Of a stretch of 64,000 nucleotides of DNA, positions 59,375-64,000 are shown one piece after another. The notes under the pieces were generated by a model. It was not told the origin of the DNA and did not search any database. It saw nothing but the letters and a program-made list of their open reading frames with translations. Position numbers and translations under genes: made by a program. The first letter of the stretch is position 1; each line of letters opens with the position of its first letter. The stretch is from Promethearchaeota archaeon (GTDB lineage Archaea; Asgardarchaeota; Lokiarchaeia; Sigyniarchaeales; SOKP01), in assembly GCA_048937405.1 (NCBI GenBank), contig JBHLNF010000010.1, forward strand, positions 53,338-117,337, read 5' to 3'.

Positions 59375-60220
59375 ATGGATAAAGAAAAATTATTATATTG
59401 TTTAAATTGTGGTAAAGAATTTACAGCAGAAAACAAATCAGGTAGTCACTTTTGTGCTGAATGTGTTTTAGGTTTAAATTTTCAAATTACAGAATTAAAG
59501 CATGAAGAAATAGATAAATATCTACAGAGAATCTTAGATTTTTTTATTTCAGATGTAAATGTTGCTTTTAATAAAGATCCAGCGGCAAAATCTCTCATTG
59601 AGGTCTTAACAAGTTATCCTGGGATAAAAGCGATTCTTTTATATCGTATTGCGCATTTTTTTTGGAAAATTGGAATGCCATTTATCCCTAGATATATATC
59701 TGAAATTGCACGGGAGTTAACTGGTATTGAGATTCATCCTGGTGCGGAAATAGGTGGTGATTTTTTTATTGATCATGGGACAGGTTGTGTTATTGGGGAA
59801 ACTACAGAAATTGGTAATAATGTCACCATATTTTCAGGTGTAGTTTTTGGAGGAACCAATATCAATCCGGTTAAGAGGCACCCTACTTTAGGAAATAATA
59901 TTGTTGTGGGTACAGGAGCAAAAATTCTAGGACCTGTCAAAATTGGAGATAATGTAAAAGTTGGAGCAAATTCCGTGGTAGTGAATGATGTACCACCAAA
60001 TTCAGTAGTAGTGGGTGTACCAGGTAAAGTTATTACAAGAGAGGGTGAAAAAATTGAGAAGATAGATTTACGTCATGGCGACTTACCTGATCCCCTCACT
60101 CTTACTATAAAGACTTTAGATAATAGAATAAAAGAATTGGAAAATAAGATTTTAACCCAAAAGGAAAAGAAAAAGGAAGATTTTGAAATCTTTTTTGGGG
60201 AATATGGAGAGGGAATTTAG
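59375..60220 (+). CDS. cysE: Serine O-acetyltransferase with N-terminal CxxC-x14-CxxC extension
   Basis: DPAA, YPG, TGIEIHPGA, FIDHG, KRHP, hexapeptide repeats. Confidence 0.95.
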   Translation: MDKEKLLYCLNCGKEFTAENKSGSHFCAECVLGLNFQITELKHEEIDKYLQRILDFFISDVNVAFNKDPAAKSLIEVLTSYPGIKAILLYRIAHFFWKIGMPFIPRYISEIARELTGIEIHPGAEIGGDFFIDHGTGCVIGETTEIGNNVTIFSGVVFGGTNINPVKRHPTLGNNIVVGTGAKILGPVKIGDNVKVGANSVVVNDVPPNSVVVGVPGKVITREGEKIEKIDLRHGDLPDPLTLTIKTLDNRIKELENKILTQKEKKKEDFEIFFGEYGEGI

Positions 60221-60260
60221 TATTTATTAAAGGAAATTTTAAAAGCTTTGTGTGAGGTTT

Positions 60261-61187
60261 ATGGGAGTATATAATAATATAATTGAAACAATAGGGAACA
60301 CTCCGTTAGTAAAATTTAACAAGATTGCAAAAGATATCAAACCTTCTATTTATGGAAAATTAGAGTATTTTAATCCGGGAGGTAGTGTGAAAGATAGAAT
60401 TGGAATGTCAATGATACAAAAAGCTGAAGAAGAAGGTGTGATTTCTCAAGATACGATTATTGTGGAACCAACTTCAGGAAACACAGGAATAGGATTAGCG
60501 CTTGTTTGTGCAGCAAAAGGATATCAATTAATTCTTACAATGCCCGATAACATGTCTATTGAAAGACAAAAGATATTGAAAGCATATGGTGCTAAAATTG
60601 AATTAACTCCTGCTTCGGGGGGCTTAAAAGCTGCAATTGAAAAAGCAGAAGAATTAAAAAAGGAAAGAGGAAATGTATTCATTCCTCAGCAGTTTAAAAA
60701 CTCAGCTAATCCAGAGATTCATAGAAAAACAACAGCTAAAGAAATTTTTAACGATTTAGCCGGACACGTTGATGGATTTGTAGCAGGAGTCGGAACAGGT
60801 GGAACTTTAACGGGGATTGGTGAAATTTTAAAAGACAGAGTTGGAGCAAGATTAAAAATCTATGCTGTGGAACCAAAAGATTCACCTGTATTGTCTGGTG
60901 GAACTTCTGGTCCTCATAAAATTCAGGGAATTGGGGCAGGATTCATTCCGGATGTATTAAATAGAGATATTATCGATAAGATAATAACAGTTAAATATGA
61001 AGATGCTATTCAAACTGCTAGAAAATTGGCTCGATTAGAGGGTATCTTCGTTGGGATATCCTCTGGAGCAAATGCGTGGGCGGCGTTGTATGAAGCTTCA
61101 AAAGATTTTGATAAAGGAGATAATATAGTTACAATTATGTGTGATACGGGAGAAAGATATCTCACAACCGAATTATTCGAGGCCTAA
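60261..61187 (+). CDS. cysK: Cysteine synthase A
   Basis: IGNTPLV, NPGGSVKDR (PLP Lys), TSGNTG, GVGTGGT, HKIQGIG. Confidence 0.96.
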   Translation: MGVYNNIIETIGNTPLVKFNKIAKDIKPSIYGKLEYFNPGGSVKDRIGMSMIQKAEEEGVISQDTIIVEPTSGNTGIGLALVCAAKGYQLILTMPDNMSIERQKILKAYGAKIELTPASGGLKAAIEKAEELKKERGNVFIPQQFKNSANPEIHRKTTAKEIFNDLAGHVDGFVAGVGTGGTLTGIGEILKDRVGARLKIYAVEPKDSPVLSGGTSGPHKIQGIGAGFIPDVLNRDIIDKIITVKYEDAIQTARKLARLEGIFVGISSGANAWAALYEASKDFDKGDNIVTIMCDTGERYLTTELFEA

Positions 61188-61228
61188 TAATCTACAATTA
61201 TATCTTACTCAAAATTTTTCGTTATTTT

Positions 61229-62365
61229 TTATGTTTTTGGTCCTCTTTTTGAACCTTTTAAACCACTTCCATCAATTTTTTTAACAGCCTTTATAAATTC
61301 TGGATCAAAATCAGCAGCCTTTTTATAAATTCGTGAAAGGAATAAAGTCATCCAAGGAGAAGGTACTTTTTTCTGTCCAAATGAAAAATTCTTAAACCAT
61401 AGATAAACGGATTGAGGAATAAAAACACCATTTAAGTTAAATTTTAATACGCTAATAGCAGCTAATTCTCGAAATGCTTGAGTTTTAACCAATTCCGGAT
61501 AATGTCTAATAGAGTCTAAAACAGTTCCAATATTATACCAAAAAAAAGGTGCTCTGGGTAGACGAAAGTTTTTACCATGCCCAAACATATATGGTTTATC
61601 TTTGGATCTATTGATCCAACAATTCAATAGTGTTATTCCTGCTTTAATTAAGTCATCTGGCCATTTATTTTGAGGAATCACCCAATAACCTCTTAGCGCG
61701 TCAGCAACAATCATAGGGCATACATCATTTACTCTTCCAGGACCTCGACGCTTGTAATAAAGCCATGGTTCACACTTCCAACCTTTACCTTGAGTAGTGT
61801 CTTTTAATAGTTCATTCATCCTTTTAAGACCGAATTCGACACGTTTATCATTCTCTAATCCTGCTAATAAGAGTACAGAAACAATAAGGTTATGATCACA
61901 TAATGCACTTGACCACATTGGATATTTTGTTTTTGTTTTTCGATCATAAGTTTCAATATAAGCAAGAAATTGCCCTTTTTCTTCATCTTGATGTAATAAG
62001 ATTTTATTTATTGCTTCTTGCATTCTATTATCATCTTCTGGTTTTATCCCCCAATCTAATAACAACCATAATTGGTTTGGAAGATAATCTGCCTTGCTAT
62101 GGGCTTTTGTAAGATTTTTTTCCCAATCTGAAAGATGATCTAACAAAAAATTCACAAGGGGATCTTTTAAAACATAATTATGGGCTTTTATAACCTCAGG
62201 ATGATCTAAGGGTAAATCAAATAAATCAGTTAACGTTCGAAAAACTGAAAATGATTCACCAGATTCGATGAGAAACTGTCTTGGATCATTGGGAAGTATC
62301 TTAACCCAATCTGCTTCTTCATGAATTTTTTCTTGAATATCACTCGATTTAATATCCATTTTCAC
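61229..62365 (-). CDS. Hypothetical protein, probable alpha/alpha-toroid (prenyltransferase-like) fold
   Basis: 378-aa helical ORF; HQDEEKGQF, GW.C, P.FWY, S.W.T patterns. Confidence 0.55.
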   Translation of the reverse strand: MKMDIKSSDIQEKIHEEADWVKILPNDPRQFLIESGESFSVFRTLTDLFDLPLDHPEVIKAHNYVLKDPLVNFLLDHLSDWEKNLTKAHSKADYLPNQLWLLLDWGIKPEDDNRMQEAINKILLHQDEEKGQFLAYIETYDRKTKTKYPMWSSALCDHNLIVSVLLLAGLENDKRVEFGLKRMNELLKDTTQGKGWKCEPWLYYKRRGPGRVNDVCPMIVADALRGYWVIPQNKWPDDLIKAGITLLNCWINRSKDKPYMFGHGKNFRLPRAPFFWYNIGTVLDSIRHYPELVKTQAFRELAAISVLKFNLNGVFIPQSVYLWFKNFSFGQKKVPSPWMTLFLSRIYKKAADFDPEFIKAVKKIDGSGLKGSKRGPKT

Positions 62366-62397
62366 AATTGTTACATCTGTGAATATTGGTTGGATTA

Positions 62398-62943
62398 CTA
62401 CGTGGACTCAAATAAGTTTACAGAAAGATCAATAAGATCTCTATTAGATTTCCCATCTTTGATCATTTTTTCGATATCTGAATTTACTTTAACCTTTTTA
62501 CCTTCAGCAATTGCAATTAAATTCTTTACATTCCAATTTTTATATCGTTTTGATAGACCTTGGAAAAAAATCGGAGCAGGAGGCATCATTGGAAATTTAG
62601 ATGGTTTTGGAATTCCTTTACATGTTCCAGCGTCTAAATCAAGAAATTCACATTCACTACATGATTTAATGTTTTTTTGTTTAGTACATTGATTAATTAC
62701 ACAGTTGATTCTCCCTTGACAGCCTGGACATGGTGGATAGGATTTTAATATTTCTAAAGTTTTAATAAATCCTTTGAAGTTCTCCTTATTAAATTTTGGG
62801 TTAACAATTAGGAGTAACCCTTGAAACATTGGATCCTCAGATATTTTAAATAAGTATTTTGCTGCATCTTGAAGTTTAGTAGTATTACTATCACACAAAT
62901 CGCAACTTAATCCACATGATGTTAAATTATAATCTTTAACCAT
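62398..62943 (-). CDS. DUF3795-like Cys-rich metal-binding protein
   Basis: CGLSCDLC, CPGC, CVINQC...K.IKSCSEC. Confidence 0.8.
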   Translation of the reverse strand: MVKDYNLTSCGLSCDLCDSNTTKLQDAAKYLFKISEDPMFQGLLLIVNPKFNKENFKGFIKTLEILKSYPPCPGCQGRINCVINQCTKQKNIKSCSECEFLDLDAGTCKGIPKPSKFPMMPPAPIFFQGLSKRYKNWNVKNLIAIAEGKKVKVNSDIEKMIKDGKSNRDLIDLSVNLFEST

Positions 62944-63102
62944 TTTTACTCACAAATTGTATGCTTTTTTCTTATTCAAATTAATTTAATTAATTATTTT
63001 ATTATAAATAGTTTTATAATTTAAAGAATATTGTAAAAAAAGAGTAAAGAAAGCGAAATTTTAAATTGAATAATGTCCATTTTTTTTCATGCAATATTAT
63101 AA

Positions 63103-64000
63103 TTGGGACATAAATTGGATGCTAGAGATTTTGAAATATTAAAAATATTAGATAGAAACTGCCGAATCTCATATTCTAAGATTGCTGAAATGATTAATTT
63201 ACCACTACGAAACGTTTCAAAGAGAATCGATAATTTAACCAAGCAAAATGTTATTACACGTTTTACTGTACAATTTAATTATAATTCTCTTGGATATCGG
63301 CATTATATTGGCTTAGTAGAGCCATTTGAAGGAAAAAAGACTAATGATATTTTTCTAGAACTCAAATGTATCAATGAAATATATCGTATTTGGGAATTGA
63401 TTGACGGAACTTTCACTATATCTTTTTTCTGTAGAGATGCAAAGCATCTTGAAGAATTTATAACCAGCATCTTAAACACCGGGGCCGAAATGAATGATTA
63501 TTCAGAAACACGAGTACATTTTACGTCAGATATTCCCTATTCGATAACCGATTGGCAAATTATCTTTTATTTGTTAAACAATAGTAGAGCTTCTAAAAAA
63601 GATATTGCACATGCATTAAATATAAGTGAAAAAACTGTTAATCGTAGAATTAGGAGGATGGTAAATATGAAACTAATTACTTTTATACCAGAAATTAATT
63701 TTGAAGCAATTTCAGGATTCATACCTGCAGAAGTTTCTTTAGAAACTGTAGGTCCCTCGAAACAAATATATTTGAAAATAAAAAAAGATCCTTCAATTAA
63801 ATATTGGAGAAACGCCGGTTCAGTCTCTCCTTCAATTGTATTATTTATTTATGGACGAAACATGAATGATATATATAATATGTACCAGAAACTTGAAAAT
63901 AGAGAGGATATAAAAAAAGCTAGTCTAACCTTTGTTGTAAGAAATTTCGAAAACTCAACATTAATAGAAGATGCTGTTTTAGAAAGAATTCAGGGTAATT
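63103..64000 (+). CDS. Lrp/AsnC-family regulator with two HTH modules, 3' end runs off the window
   Basis: Manual translation from TTG 63103: LDARDFEILKILDRNCRISYSKIAE and second DWQIIFYLLNNSRASKKDIAHALNISEKTVNRRI; not in ORF track. Confidence 0.85.
   Translation, partial: MGHKLDARDFEILKILDRNCRISYSKIAEMINLPLRNVSKRIDNLTKQNVITRFTVQFNYNSLGYRHYIGLVEPFEGKKTNDIFLELKCINEIYRIWELIDGTFTISFFCRDAKHLEEFITSILNTGAEMNDYSETRVHFTSDIPYSITDWQIIFYLLNNSRASKKDIAHALNISEKTVNRRIRRMVNMKLITFIPEINFEAISGFIPAEVSLETVGPSKQIYLKIKKDPSIKYWRNAGSVSPSIVLFIYGRNMNDIYNMYQKLENREDIKKASLTFVVRNFENSTLIEDAVLERIQGN

Noticed and set aside
61903-62692. Plus-strand ORFs 61903..62112 and 62321..62692
   Set aside because: Antisense to better-supported minus-strand genes
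1-64000. rRNA, tRNA, CRISPR arrays
   Set aside because: No GC-rich structured RNA blocks, cloverleaf patterns or regularly spaced repeats seen
1-64000. Selenoprotein (in-frame TGA) plus SECIS, known from Lokiarchaeia
   Set aside because: The redox proteins checked (thioredoxin, DsrE, ferredoxin, CMD) have Cys codons; TGA stops fall at natural protein ends; no convincing SECIS seen

Overview
Very AT-rich archaeal chromosome segment, most likely from an Asgard archaeon of the Lokiarchaeia type. This is inferred from an archaeal histone, two Rab-like small GTPases, a longin/roadblock-like protein, a WD40 propeller, and GGTGA/GGAGG ribosome-binding sites with TATA-like promoters. About 65 CDS are present, mostly accessory metabolism: three tandem long-chain acyl-CoA ligases, three OYE-like flavin oxidoreductases, DsrEFH, CysE-CysK, a GH3 glucosidase, a haloalkane dehalogenase, a QueG/RdhA-like Fe-S protein, LuxE, Fpg and transporters. 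I found no rRNA, tRNA or CRISPR array. The most notable items are: (1) an uncharacterised 10-gene minus-strand membrane operon (27987-34436) with three small membrane proteins, an ABC exporter, an unannotated 31-aa peptide, four tandem paralogous membrane proteins, a wHTH regulator and a palindromic operator candidate; (2) an IS607 element with a dead TnpA but an intact TnpB carrying the rearranged, Fanzor-type RuvC; (3) a CMD/AhpD-like gene split into two overlapping halves by a 2.1-kb interval bounded by 75-bp direct repeats; (4) three genes that appear to start at ATA/ATT; (5) gene-conversion-like tracts between paralogs; (6) several proteins with unusual domain architectures. All protein calls are from motif recognition by eye; no searches were run.
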